NCBI GenBank assembly: GCA_044345055.1
Contig: JBIJBT010000024.1
Location: 1-34,795, forward strand
Direction: 5' to 3'
Length of the DNA: 34,795 nucleotides
Origin: Bdellovibrionota bacterium
Lineage (GTDB): Bacteria; Bdellovibrionota_C; UBA2361; OMIW01
Each line of letters opens with the position of its first letter. The first letter of the stretch is position 1. The notes beneath the pieces are model-generated. The model searched no databases. It saw nothing but the letters and a program-made list of their open reading frames with translations, and was not told the DNA's origin. Positions 19,422-28,736 of the stretch are shown piece after piece. Made by a program: the position numbers and the translations under genes.

Positions 19422-20285
19422 ATGGCTCCAATATCAATTGGTAGTAACGTTCAATCGCTAAACGCACAACGTCGTCTTGATAGCACGTCGAATAACCTTA
19501 CAAAGGTTTATGAAAGGTTAAGTTCTGGTAAACGGATAAATGTGGCCGCTGACGATGCTGCTGGTCTAACGATTGCCAATCGACTCAGTGCCGATCAACG
19601 ACTAGCCTCAGCCGCAATCAGGAACGTAAATGATGGGATTTCAACGATTGCGATCGCAGATGGTGCACTCGAGCAGATAGGAAATGTTTTGGGAAGACTT
19701 GCTGAATTAGCGGAACAGTCTGCAAGTGGAGTCTATTCATCCACTCAGCGATCGGCACTCGATAGTGAATTTTCTGCTCTTGGGTCAGAAATTGAGAGAG
19801 TCGCCGTAACAACGCTTTTTAACGGTACGGCCCTCTTATCAGGCAGTAATGCGATCTCTTTGCAGGTTGGGTTAAGTTCGGCCAGCACGAGTCAGCTGAC
19901 CTTGCAGGGCGTTAACGGCACGTTGCAAGGGTTAGGTCTAGCTAGCACAGGTTCGTCTGTGCAGATATATTCGCTCAACGGAACGACGTCAGCAGGTGGT
20001 CAGTCCGCATCCCTCAATGCTCTTGATGCGGTAAACCGGGCGATAACATCTTTGGCGTCGCTTCGAGGTTCTCTTGGATCGGGTGAATCTCGTTTGCGAA
20101 CTGCGGCAGCAAATTTAGCGTTAACGCGCGAGAATTTCGCGGCTGCTGAGAGTCGAATCCGAGATACTGATGTTGCTGCTGATGCTGCCGAGCTGACTCG
20201 GTTGAATATCCTTCAACAGGCTGGTGCTTCGGTTTTAGCTCAGGTGAACCAAATACCCCGGCTTGCCCTCAGTTTGCTAGGTTAG
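19422..20285 (+). CDS. fliC: Flagellin (second paralog)
   Basis: RLSSGKRINVAADDAAGL, RNVNDG, AESRIRDTDVA and ILQQAGASVLAQ; 287 aa, the same length as flagellin 1. Confidence 0.97.
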   Translation: MAPISIGSNVQSLNAQRRLDSTSNNLTKVYERLSSGKRINVAADDAAGLTIANRLSADQRLASAAIRNVNDGISTIAIADGALEQIGNVLGRLAELAEQSASGVYSSTQRSALDSEFSALGSEIERVAVTTLFNGTALLSGSNAISLQVGLSSASTSQLTLQGVNGTLQGLGLASTGSSVQIYSLNGTTSAGGQSASLNALDAVNRAITSLASLRGSLGSGESRLRTAAANLALTRENFAAAESRIRDTDVAADAAELTRLNILQQAGASVLAQVNQIPRLALSLLG

Positions 20286-20310
20286 TTTTAGAGAGGAGTT
20301 GGTTGTTTTC

Positions 20311-21009
20311 TCAGGAGCGTCGAAATAGAATTATTCCGAACGCTCCCCCCAGGAATCCTCCGAGGTGAGCCGCATAGGCGACTAGCGATGTTTCGGTAGT
20401 CGCGTTAGCTCCGAACTGGCCAACAACCTGCATTAGAAACCAGACACCTAGCACGATATATGCGGGCAATTGAATAAAAAATCTTAGTACCAGTACTGTT
20501 ACTCGGTTGCCTGGATAAAGAATGAGATAAGCGCCCAATATACCCGCGATTGCTCCCGATGCGCCGAGGCAGGGTATCAGCGATTTAGTGTCAGCCAGAT
20601 AATGAGCTGCGGTTGCAGCGACACCACATCCAAGATAGAAAAGCAAAAATCGTATCTTACCAAGGCGGTCCTCAATCTGATCGCCAAATATCCACAAGTA
20701 CACCATATTGCCCAAAAGATGTGGCCACGAACCGTGCATGAACATTGCGGAGAAAATAGTGAGCAGGAGAGGGTGGGGACTCGGGTAGAGAGAGTATGAT
20801 ATCGGTTCTTTACCGACCACCATGCGGATTGTTCCAACTAGATCTTTGCCCCTGGTTATTTCTGCAGGCACGAAAGAAAATCCGTTCGTGAGAGCGTCGC
20901 CCCTCTTCAGCTGAAGTATCCACACAAAAATATTGATAGCGATAATAAGGGGGACAATCACCGGAGTTGCCCGTCGATTAGAATTATTATCGCCGATGGG
21001 TATGAACAT
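20311..21009 (-). CDS. Rhomboid family intramembrane serine protease
   Basis: FMHGSWPHLLGNM, catalytic GASG, AHLGGF and an N-terminal IPIGD.N. Confidence 0.93.
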   Translation of the reverse strand: MFIPIGDNNSNRRATPVIVPLIIAINIFVWILQLKRGDALTNGFSFVPAEITRGKDLVGTIRMVVGKEPISYSLYPSPHPLLLTIFSAMFMHGSWPHLLGNMVYLWIFGDQIEDRLGKIRFLLFYLGCGVAATAAHYLADTKSLIPCLGASGAIAGILGAYLILYPGNRVTVLVLRFFIQLPAYIVLGVWFLMQVVGQFGANATTETSLVAYAAHLGGFLGGAFGIILFRRS

Positions 21010-21062
21010 ACCGTAATGACCGGAGAAGGCGTAAAGATAACGAGCGAGTTCGCGTGACGGAT

Positions 21063-21977
21063 TTACTCACGACTAGGCATGTTACTACTACTTTTTAGAT
21101 TGAGATGATACAGACAATTCTTCGAGCAGGCAGCTTTGCCATGAAGATTTACGCAGCGGTCGCAGATCGATTCATGATTACCGCAGTAATCGCATCCCCG
21201 TTTCTCTGTTGTTGGGTCGCCGCATAGGTGACAAAGATAATTTATTTTCGAGGGAGCGAGATGTTGATCTACAGAAACTCGATGGTCAAATACAAAACAT
21301 TCTCCCTTAAAGTGCTGGTCAGGATATTGTTCAAGATAGGCGAGAATACCTCCATGAAGTTGAAAAACATCCTCGTATCCTTTTTCCTTTAGATCAACGA
21401 CAACCTTTTCACATCTAACACCTCCAGTGCAGAAGACGAGCACTTTTTCGTCGCGGGGAGGTGGGTTCTGGTCGAGCCAAGGACCGAGCTCGCTGAATCG
21501 TTGAATCTGTGGATCGTGCGCGCCGCGAAAAGTTCCGAGCGCAACCTCATAACTGTTTCGGGTGTCGATGAGCGTAAACCGTTCTCCAGAGCTCAGGATC
21601 TCGTGCCAGGCTGAGGGAGAGAGGAACGAATTATCTGTTTCTGAGAAAAGCGATGGTTGATTGCGAGAACTATCACCTCGGTAAGTTATAATTTCAGATC
21701 GACCATCGATCGTAAACCGATTAAACGGTTGAGTCGCCGCACTGTGGCGCTTAATCGGCGTATCTGACAGATTAACCTCCTTACGGCACCTATCGAGCAC
21801 AGCTTCGGCTCCCGGACCATCCGAGGCGACAGTGATATTTATGCCTTCATCGCTTATCAGCACAAGTCCCCCCAATGATGAATCCTCGCGGCCTATCGTT
21901 TCAAGGTCCGAGCGAAAAAGCTTCTGGTGAGCAGAATCAAATGGGAAAAATTTATAGAAATTGATTATCGAGAACAT
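21063..21977 (-). CDS. trhO: Rhodanese-domain tRNA U34 hydroxylase (TrhO/YceA family)
   Basis: FYKF, EGIN, IDTRNSYE..GTF, FCTGGVRCEK, L.GGILAY, GECFVFDHR and a Cys-rich C-terminus. Confidence 0.88.
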   Translation of the reverse strand: MFSIINFYKFFPFDSAHQKLFRSDLETIGREDSSLGGLVLISDEGINITVASDGPGAEAVLDRCRKEVNLSDTPIKRHSAATQPFNRFTIDGRSEIITYRGDSSRNQPSLFSETDNSFLSPSAWHEILSSGERFTLIDTRNSYEVALGTFRGAHDPQIQRFSELGPWLDQNPPPRDEKVLVFCTGGVRCEKVVVDLKEKGYEDVFQLHGGILAYLEQYPDQHFKGECFVFDHRVSVDQHLAPSKINYLCHLCGDPTTEKRGCDYCGNHESICDRCVNLHGKAACSKNCLYHLNLKSSSNMPSRE

Positions 21978-22071
21978 GCAAGTCTAAGAGATTGGAGACG
22001 TTTAGCAGAGTATTATAACGGTTTTTGCAGAATTCATCCAATAAATCGAAAAGCCCTTATTGTGAATCTCT

Positions 22072-22098
22072 CAAGTTATTTCAATCGGTTGCCGACAA
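22072..22098 (+). promoter_or_regulatory. Sigma-28 (FliA) promoter
   Basis: CAAG-N15-GCCGACAA, the same architecture as the two flagellin promoters. Confidence 0.7.
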
Positions 22099-22136
22099 AA
22101 TAAGTGAACAGAAAAAAGAGGGGGATACAAACTCTT

Positions 22137-22613
22137 ATGGGCCACACACAAGCACTGATTGAAACGGTTCTTCAGACAAAGTTGGGTATACCAGCGTCAA
22201 TGGCGCGGTGGGGGAATGAGCAAAATCAGTGGCTTTTTATTCTTCATAGGGTTTGGCTAAAGCTCGATCTTTCGGGTGAAAGCACCGGAGACCTTGTTGT
22301 CATAACAAGCCCGTTGGGGCTTCCTCCGTCACGAAATATTGCTCGATTTCATTCGTTTCTTTTGGCGAAAAACTTTCATCTCCCCGGCCCATCACTCTGG
22401 TGTCAAGGAGGGATTTTTGGTTTGCGCGAGGTGAGGTACATCGATGGTCTACAGGATGTAGAGCTTGTCGATATGTTGGAGCTTATGGCCGAAGTGAGTA
22501 TTGAAATTAGTGAAGAGGTCGCAGCATTTAAGACCGATGGGCTTAAGATGCTCGGCGAACGAGATGAGAGGACGATTCAGCGAGTCGCTGCGTCACTCGG
22601 CTTCGGGCTGTAG
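22137..22613 (+). CDS. YbjN/CesT-like (type III secretion chaperone fold) protein
   Basis: About 158 aa. Pattern W.F...(beta strands)...LP......F...LL..NF, then L.....IDGL....L...L and an acidic C-terminal helix. A GAGGGGG SD precedes ATG 22137. Confidence 0.6.
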   Translation: MGHTQALIETVLQTKLGIPASMARWGNEQNQWLFILHRVWLKLDLSGESTGDLVVITSPLGLPPSRNIARFHSFLLAKNFHLPGPSLWCQGGIFGLREVRYIDGLQDVELVDMLELMAEVSIEISEEVAAFKTDGLKMLGERDERTIQRVAASLGFGL

Positions 22614-22632
22614 CTCGCGCTGAGCTGGTCCT

Positions 22633-23280
22633 TTAATCACCAGTATCTATAGCACCCTCTTGAATTGGCATATACCGGCGTTTTCCCGGTCGAACTGTTG
22701 GGGAAGAGTGGGCTAGATTCCGTGCAGATCCAATCTGTTCCTCAACTGCTCCGATTCCAAAGTGAACCCGCCGATTTCTCGCCCACGCCTCTTCTGTTGA
22801 TTTTGGATCAAGCGGAATGTTCTCGCCGTAGCTAATTACCGCTATCCGCGATGTCGCAATTCCAAGGGAGCTCAAATAGGCAAACACAGCCTGAGCACGA
22901 CGCTGTCCGAGCGCTAGGTTGTACTCGGCTGTTCCCTGTTCATCGCAGTGACCCTCAAGGGTAATTGATGCAGAACCGTCACCGAGCGCCTGAGCGTTTT
23001 CCTCAATATCTCGCTGCGCTTCGTTGGTGAGCTCCGCAGAATCAAGATCAAACAATATATCCCGCAAGAAATCTTCACCCTCTGCTCGAGGAATTGTTCC
23101 TTCACCATACCGAGAGTCCCGAAGTCGTTGTGCCTCTTCCTCGGTCATTGACCCTAGGACATTTTGCGAAGGATCTACTTGACCAACTGAGCGATGGGAG
23201 CCACATCCAAACAAACTGGTTAACAGTGCAAGTGTTGCCGAGTATCTGATCAACGAATTGCGTCGAGTGCTTGCCGACAT
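22633..23280 (-). CDS. pal: Peptidoglycan-associated lipoprotein (Pal/OmpA C-terminal family)
   Basis: Lipobox LFGC, FDLDSAEL, EGHCDEQGTAEYNLALGQRRA, ISYGE.P and NRRV. The start is 23280 or 23307. Confidence 0.85.
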   Translation of the reverse strand: MSASTRRNSLIRYSATLALLTSLFGCGSHRSVGQVDPSQNVLGSMTEEEAQRLRDSRYGEGTIPRAEGEDFLRDILFDLDSAELTNEAQRDIEENAQALGDGSASITLEGHCDEQGTAEYNLALGQRRAQAVFAYLSSLGIATSRIAVISYGENIPLDPKSTEEAWARNRRVHFGIGAVEEQIGSARNLAHSSPTVRPGKRRYMPIQEGAIDTGD

Positions 23281-23636
23281 GAAATATTTTGGTTGTGAGA
23301 CTAACATGACACTATCGAAAAATAGAGGCTAATTTCTCACACGGTGATGAGAGCGTGGTGATGCAGTTTTCTAGATGCTGCTAAATTAAAAATCTAGGCT
23401 GGATACTACTCTGTTGGTTTTATGTCCGCAAATGGGCCATTTGTGGGAGAGATTTTGATTCTTATTCATTCGGGCGTTCTCAAGTTGGTATTGAGAGCTT
23501 AAGAATTAATATTTGCAGGCACTAAATCACGTTCCGTGATATCTTCATGACTATGCTAAATAATGAGGCTCCATGAGGGACGCGCAGCTATAGACTTGCA
23601 TGAGAAAACCCTCAAAAAAAGATTAGAGGAGAAAAT

Positions 23637-24260
23637 ATGCGATCTATATGCTGGTTAAACCGTTTTCGATCCAATGGTTTCCGACTAATTCCATTCGCAC
23701 TCTCGATAATTTTTTTCAGCAACTTGCTATCGGTTGTGGGGTGCTCTTCTCGCCGCTCAGTTGAACCAGCACCTGAGCTAATCGGCCAGAGCTTGCCGAG
23801 CTTCCGTGGCGAATCACTCGACGGTCTAATAGTTCAATTTCCGGAAGAAGTTCGGGGTAGATCACACCTGTTGTTAGTAGCCTATGTTCAGGAGGCGCAG
23901 TTTGATGTGGATCGGTGGGTTCTTGGCGTTCTCCAGGCGAAAGCCCCCGTCAACGTGCTCGAATTACCAACCATTTCCAGCCTCGGAGCGCGACTCGCAA
24001 AAGGCTTTATTAATCGAGGGATGAAACAGGGGATTCCCCGAGAAGATTGGGCTTCAGTTGTCACGGTATATGGCGATGCTGATGTACTTCGGTCTTACGT
24101 GGGAGAAATTCCCGGTAATAACGCATGCGCGTTGCTAGTCGATAGTAAAGGAATCGTCCGATGGGTTCATCGCGATGGGTACTCACCGAGAGAATTGCTC
24201 GAATTGGTTTCAGTTGCTCAGGATCTTGGTTCGGAAACGAGTGAGCACGGCAAAAAATGA
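23637..24260 (+). CDS. Hypothetical lipoprotein with a thioredoxin-like fold but no CxxC
   Basis: SD gaggag, lipobox VVGC, 'IGQSLPSF.GESLDG...FP' and 'LLVDSKGIVRW'. Confidence 0.65.
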   Translation: MRSICWLNRFRSNGFRLIPFALSIIFFSNLLSVVGCSSRRSVEPAPELIGQSLPSFRGESLDGLIVQFPEEVRGRSHLLLVAYVQEAQFDVDRWVLGVLQAKAPVNVLELPTISSLGARLAKGFINRGMKQGIPREDWASVVTVYGDADVLRSYVGEIPGNNACALLVDSKGIVRWVHRDGYSPRELLELVSVAQDLGSETSEHGKK

Positions 24261-24438
24261 AGAAACCATCTTTAGTCGTGACGGTCGATGGAACAGGGGG
24301 AAATTAGCAACAATTGGCGCCAGGGATATTCCCCAAAAATACGCTTTAGGACTCGCCTCAGATGTGGTCCTGATCGTCTCTTAGCTTTTTTGCCTGGCAC
24401 TATGACCGAAGAACAAACTCCAAAATTCGACCTCACAC

Positions 24439-25158
24439 TCATTCCCGCCGCTCAGCCAATCCGCTCCGGATATAGCATAAAACTCCAATTCCGAGCAGTA
24501 TTCCGAAAACAACGACCGCTAAAAAACGTCGTGGATCGTCCTTGTCGATACCGTGCGAGAGATTCATGCCGAGAACGCTGGCAATTGTAGCAAGGGGGAG
24601 GAAAAGGGCGACTAGAAGATTTAGTCTATTCGTTGCGATTACAGATTGCTTGGCGAGCTCCATGTGTTCTTCTTCAATTCTTGCAAGATGCGAGTCTATA
24701 GTGTGACGAATATCATCGTAGAGGAGATCTAGGCCACGCTCTGTTTCGTAGGCGAAATTAATCCATTCTGCTAGCTCCGTGTCTTCGCGAAGATGCTTTC
24801 CAGCCTCAGCTAGTACGGCATGAACGTTGCGGGCTGATCGACGAATTGGAACTAGTCGATCGAGGAGGGCAAAAAGAGCTGAAGGGGTGGAAGCATCCTC
24901 AAACTCCTCATCGAATCCGCAGGCAACCGTCCGGTATGACTCAAGTAATATCCTAGCTGACCGTTCTCCCTTGGTAAGCCATGCAGTATTGGGTTTTTTA
25001 AGAAGGAATACACCTTCCCGTTTCCAGTAATCATCGATGGGTGGGCGGTGAAGCACGATAAGAACGGCTCCTTCATCGGTAATGACCCGTTGACGACCAA
25101 CTGAGCGACCCACATGGTGAGCAAGCGAGGGTGGGACTTCAAAAGTTGATGAGTTCAT
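24439..25158 (-). CDS. Short CorA-superfamily cation transporter-like protein
   Basis: Helical stalk, then NRLNLLVALFLPLATIASVLGMNL (GMN motif) and a second TM helix. Confidence 0.75.
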   Translation of the reverse strand: MNSSTFEVPPSLAHHVGRSVGRQRVITDEGAVLIVLHRPPIDDYWKREGVFLLKKPNTAWLTKGERSARILLESYRTVACGFDEEFEDASTPSALFALLDRLVPIRRSARNVHAVLAEAGKHLREDTELAEWINFAYETERGLDLLYDDIRHTIDSHLARIEEEHMELAKQSVIATNRLNLLVALFLPLATIASVLGMNLSHGIDKDDPRRFLAVVVFGILLGIGVLCYIRSGLAERRE

Positions 25159-25554
25159 GGCGTATTATTAAGAGTTTTTGTTGCATTTGAGGAATTTCTT
25201 TCTAATAGTTGCTAGCGCATGTAACCGCAACAAATCCAGAGCGGTTTGCCTTATTAGCTTAGCATCTGCAAGCGAATTTGTTGATGAGCTTCCTTTAAGG
25301 ACCGAAAATGTTCGCAGTCCTACGGAGATTCTGGATCAGAGAGAACTTACGTAGTCATCTTTTCGAAAACACCGAAAGATGGACTTCGCGAATTTTACCG
25401 GTGTTAACATCCGTGGCCCCCAAACGTCTATCGACGTTTACCGGACACTTCCTTATGCGGAGCGCTTCTTGATACTTCCACCTTACCTCCAAGCCTTCAA
25501 AACGATTCTTCTCTTCACGAAAAAATAGTTCGCACCGATCTTGATACTCCTAGT

Positions 25555-25569
25555 TGGCACACCCTTTGC
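25555..25569 (+). promoter_or_regulatory. Sigma-54 (-24/-12) promoter of the flgB operon
   Basis: TGGCAC-accct-TTGC, an exact consensus match about 60 nt upstream of flgB. Confidence 0.85.
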
Positions 25570-25630
25570 CAGTAACGGTAGGGGAGTATCAACCTGACGA
25601 ACCGTTGACGGTTCTTTGACGGAGGTGGCG

Positions 25631-26035
25631 ATGGGAATTGACAAACTATTGGGCCCCACAATTGAGGGACTAGAGCGGCTTCTTGACCTGAGTTGGCGTC
25701 GGGGTCAGGCGATTAACGCAAATATTGCGAATGCGGAAACGCCTCAGTATCGGGCGGTTGATCTTGATTTCGGTCGGGAGCTTGACGAGGCGTTTGGATC
25801 AAAGAGCTCCTCTCTCGAGAAAACAAGCCCGCTTCATCAAGATATTGGCGGAAGCTCAGATGCAAAGCTTGTATCGGATCTTTCTGGGGCCACCAAGATG
25901 GATGGCAACAACGTTGATCTCGATCTGCAGATGGGACGACTCGCGTACAACACCCTGACATATACGAGAGCAGCAGCATTGACCCAGAAAAAACTCGGTG
26001 GTCTCTCGGAAAAAATTCGGCAACTTGTTGCCTAA
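25631..26035 (+). CDS. flgB: Flagellar basal-body rod protein FlgB
   Basis: NIANAETPQYRAVD and DGNNVDLD; GGAGG SD before ATG 25631. Confidence 0.95.
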   Translation: MGIDKLLGPTIEGLERLLDLSWRRGQAINANIANAETPQYRAVDLDFGRELDEAFGSKSSSLEKTSPLHQDIGGSSDAKLVSDLSGATKMDGNNVDLDLQMGRLAYNTLTYTRAAALTQKKLGGLSEKIRQLVA

Positions 26036-26045
26036 AGGATGACCT

Positions 26046-26474
26046 ATGTTCGACACGATGGAGGTGCTCGCAAGTGGATTAAGTGCCGCCCGTCTTCGGG
26101 TAAATGTGCTCGCGAGTAACGTTGCAAACGCTGAAACAACCCGCACCCCCGAGGGTGGTCCGTACAAAAGAAAAGATGTTGTTCAGGTAGCGCAGCCGGT
26201 CCCGGGAAGTTTTGGAGCAGCGCTCGATGGAATGAGTCTTTCGCGGCCGCAGGTGCAGGCAGTAATCGAGGATCAATCAGATCCTCGGATGGTATTTCAA
26301 CCGGGTCATCCTGACGCTGATGAAAATGGGTATGTTGGATATCCCAACATTAGTGTTGTGACAACGATGACCGATCTGATGTCGGCAACAAGGCTGTATC
26401 AGGCAAATGTGAACGCCCTTGATTCGGCAAAGCAGATGATGGCGGCAGCAAATCAGATATCTCTTAGAGGTTAG
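26046..26474 (+). CDS. flgC: Flagellar basal-body rod protein FlgC
   Basis: ASGLSAAR.R, NVANAETTRTPEGGPYKRK, PGHPDA..GYV.YPN and YQAN. Confidence 0.97.
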   Translation: MFDTMEVLASGLSAARLRVNVLASNVANAETTRTPEGGPYKRKDVVQVAQPVPGSFGAALDGMSLSRPQVQAVIEDQSDPRMVFQPGHPDADENGYVGYPNISVVTTMTDLMSATRLYQANVNALDSAKQMMAAANQISLRG

Positions 26475-26574
26475 CGAAAAAAAATGAATGGACGCTCACG
26501 AGCTCGTGTGCTGAAACCAGCGTAGACCAACGCAGTTTTTTGAAAAAAGAAGTTTTTGAAAAAGGATACACACT

Positions 26575-26901
26575 ATGAGTATTGACGGTATTGGGGGAAA
26601 AGGCCCAGGAATTGGAACAATTCGGCAGCTGCGCGAGCAGATGAAGCCTCAAGATGGCCAATCGGGAACAGCCGAAAAAGGTTCAGGCTTCCAACAGGCT
26701 CTCAACGAAGCGCTTCAGGAGATTAATCGATTATCGGGCAATGCTGACGCCGAGGTAGAAAATCTCGTATCAGGCAGATCTCAGAGCCCTCACGGTGCGA
26801 TGATTGCATTGGAGAAAGCTGATGTTGCTTTCCAGCTAATGAATGCAGTACGAACAAAGATAGTTCGGGCGTACGAAGAGGTGATGAGGACGCAGGTATA
26901 A
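26575..26901 (+). CDS. fliE: Flagellar hook-basal body protein FliE
   Basis: H..MIALEKA..AFQLM..VR.KIV.AYEEVMR. Confidence 0.95.
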   Translation: MSIDGIGGKGPGIGTIRQLREQMKPQDGQSGTAEKGSGFQQALNEALQEINRLSGNADAEVENLVSGRSQSPHGAMIALEKADVAFQLMNAVRTKIVRAYEEVMRTQV

Positions 26902-26989
26902 GGCGTAGCTGATAGTAGGATTTAGCAGGGAGAGCGGCTTAAGGCGGCTTTTTCAAGGATGATTCAGTATTCAGTTTTGAGTAGGCTTC

Positions 26990-28666
26990 ATGGCAGCTTT
27001 TGATCCCGGTGCAGTATTCGCGCAGCTTCTTGGGGCGTTCATGCGGTTGCCGCTGAGCCAGCGGATACTGTTTCCGCTTCTTATCCTTGGATCGGTTGCT
27101 GGAATAATAGCCATATCTCGGTGGGCAGGTCGGCCGGAATACTCAGTGCTCTTTTCGGATCTTGAGCCAGCAGATTCAGCCGCAGTTGTTGAACGACTTC
27201 GGGCGCAGAATGTAGGTTACGAGCTTCGTGGGGATGGACGAACTATTGCGATTACTCCCCCGAGTCTAGTTCATGAATTACGTATTACCCTCTCAGCAGA
27301 TGGGATTCCAAAGCACGGCTCTGTTGGATTTGAGCTTTTTGATAGTGCAGCTCTAGGTTCAACAACATTTGATGAAAAGGTTAAATGGGTTCGTGCTCGA
27401 CAGGGCGAGCTTGAAAGAACTATCGGTGCAATAGATGCAATCGCCTCAGCACGAGTGCATATATCTGAGCCTGAAAAATCGATCTACTCAAAGGCAGGCT
27501 CAGAGGCGACAGCATCGGTGCTAATAAAGTTAAAACCCGGTAAAGAGCTCACCAAGGCGCAAACCAAGGGGATTATGAATCTCGTTGCGGGGAGCGTTGA
27601 TGGACTAAAAATCGACAATGTCTCGATCATCGATACATACGGAAATCTTCTCTCACCAAGAGAGGACGAAAAGGAGGGCGATTTTGCGGCAGAAGCTACC
27701 CGAATCCAGTATCAGCGAGAGATTGAGCAGGGATATGTTAGACGGATCGAACAGATGCTCGCAAAGGTGTTGGGATCGGGAAGAGTTGTAGCGCGGGTAA
27801 CTGCTGAGGTTGATTATTCGAGCAACGAGCGAGAGGAGGAGAGTTACGATCCTGGTGGGCAAGTTATTCGCTCTGAACGGAGTGTCTCGGAGGGCGCAGC
27901 AGGAGGCGCTGCACGGGGTGGTGTACCGGGAGTCGTGTCAAATCTCTCAAATGATCCAAAGCTTCTTGCTCCTCAGCAGGGCGCCGACGAAGCGGGTAAT
28001 AGTAAGCGAAATGAGGTGGTGAAAAATTACGAACTCTCCCGCGCCATCATTAAGAGCTCATCTCCTCGAGGAACCCTTGAGCGTTTATCGGTTGCAGTGC
28101 TCGTTGATGGAACCTACGAAGAGATTACGGAGGCTCCAGCTGCGGAGGGCGCAGAGCCCGTCAAAAAGCAGCAGTTCCGACCATTGACGAATGAGACAAT
28201 GGCGCAGATTGAGGATCTCGTAAAAAGCGCGGTGGGGTTTGATGTAACACGAGGAGATTCTGTTCGGGTTGAGAATCTCCAATTTGCTAGAATGCCGGAA
28301 GAGTTGGTGACAGCGCTTGAATCGAATACTCACCAATACATCATGACAGGCGGACAAATTGGGGTCTCTCTGATTGCGCTGATTCTTCTCTTTGTGATTG
28401 TTGTACGCCCTATCATGGGTCAGCTTCTGTTACCGGTAGAGTCAGAGGTGAATCTTGAGCGGCTTCTTCCCGCAGGAATTGAGGCGCTCGAGCAGGAGCT
28501 TACAACTGAAAGAGAACGTGCAGCTCCTACTCTTCCAGAAGGAAATGAGGGAATCGATCTAGAGCATCTTGAAGCTCTTATCGCAGACAACTCTAGGCTT
28601 GTTCGCGAAAATCCTCGACAGGCCGCATTGCTGATTCGATACTGGCTCGGTGAGGGGGCGAGCTAA
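26990..28666 (+). CDS. fliF: Flagellar MS-ring protein FliF
   Basis: N-terminal TM, VGFELFD, RARQGELERTI, ARVHI, NYE, LSVAVLVDG, AVGFD..RGD, a second TM and C-terminal ENP..AA..IR.WL. Confidence 0.97.
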   Translation: MAAFDPGAVFAQLLGAFMRLPLSQRILFPLLILGSVAGIIAISRWAGRPEYSVLFSDLEPADSAAVVERLRAQNVGYELRGDGRTIAITPPSLVHELRITLSADGIPKHGSVGFELFDSAALGSTTFDEKVKWVRARQGELERTIGAIDAIASARVHISEPEKSIYSKAGSEATASVLIKLKPGKELTKAQTKGIMNLVAGSVDGLKIDNVSIIDTYGNLLSPREDEKEGDFAAEATRIQYQREIEQGYVRRIEQMLAKVLGSGRVVARVTAEVDYSSNEREEESYDPGGQVIRSERSVSEGAAGGAARGGVPGVVSNLSNDPKLLAPQQGADEAGNSKRNEVVKNYELSRAIIKSSSPRGTLERLSVAVLVDGTYEEITEAPAAEGAEPVKKQQFRPLTNETMAQIEDLVKSAVGFDVTRGDSVRVENLQFARMPEELVTALESNTHQYIMTGGQIGVSLIALILLFVIVVRPIMGQLLLPVESEVNLERLLPAGIEALEQELTTERERAAPTLPEGNEGIDLEHLEALIADNSRLVRENPRQAALLIRYWLGEGAS

Positions 28667-28736
28667 ACAGCATTACTCGCGTCTGAGTAGTTCGCAAAGA
28701 ACCTTTTTTTCTTCTCTCTGATGATGAACGGTTTCA

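Noticed and set aside
24175..24590. ORFs 24175..24384 and 24288..24590 (+)
   Set aside because: They overlap better-supported genes and have no recognisable features.
26496..26545. Palindrome cacgagctcgtg and a short stem plus T-run between flgC and fliE
   Set aside because: The stem before the T-run is only about 4 bp, too weak to call a terminator.
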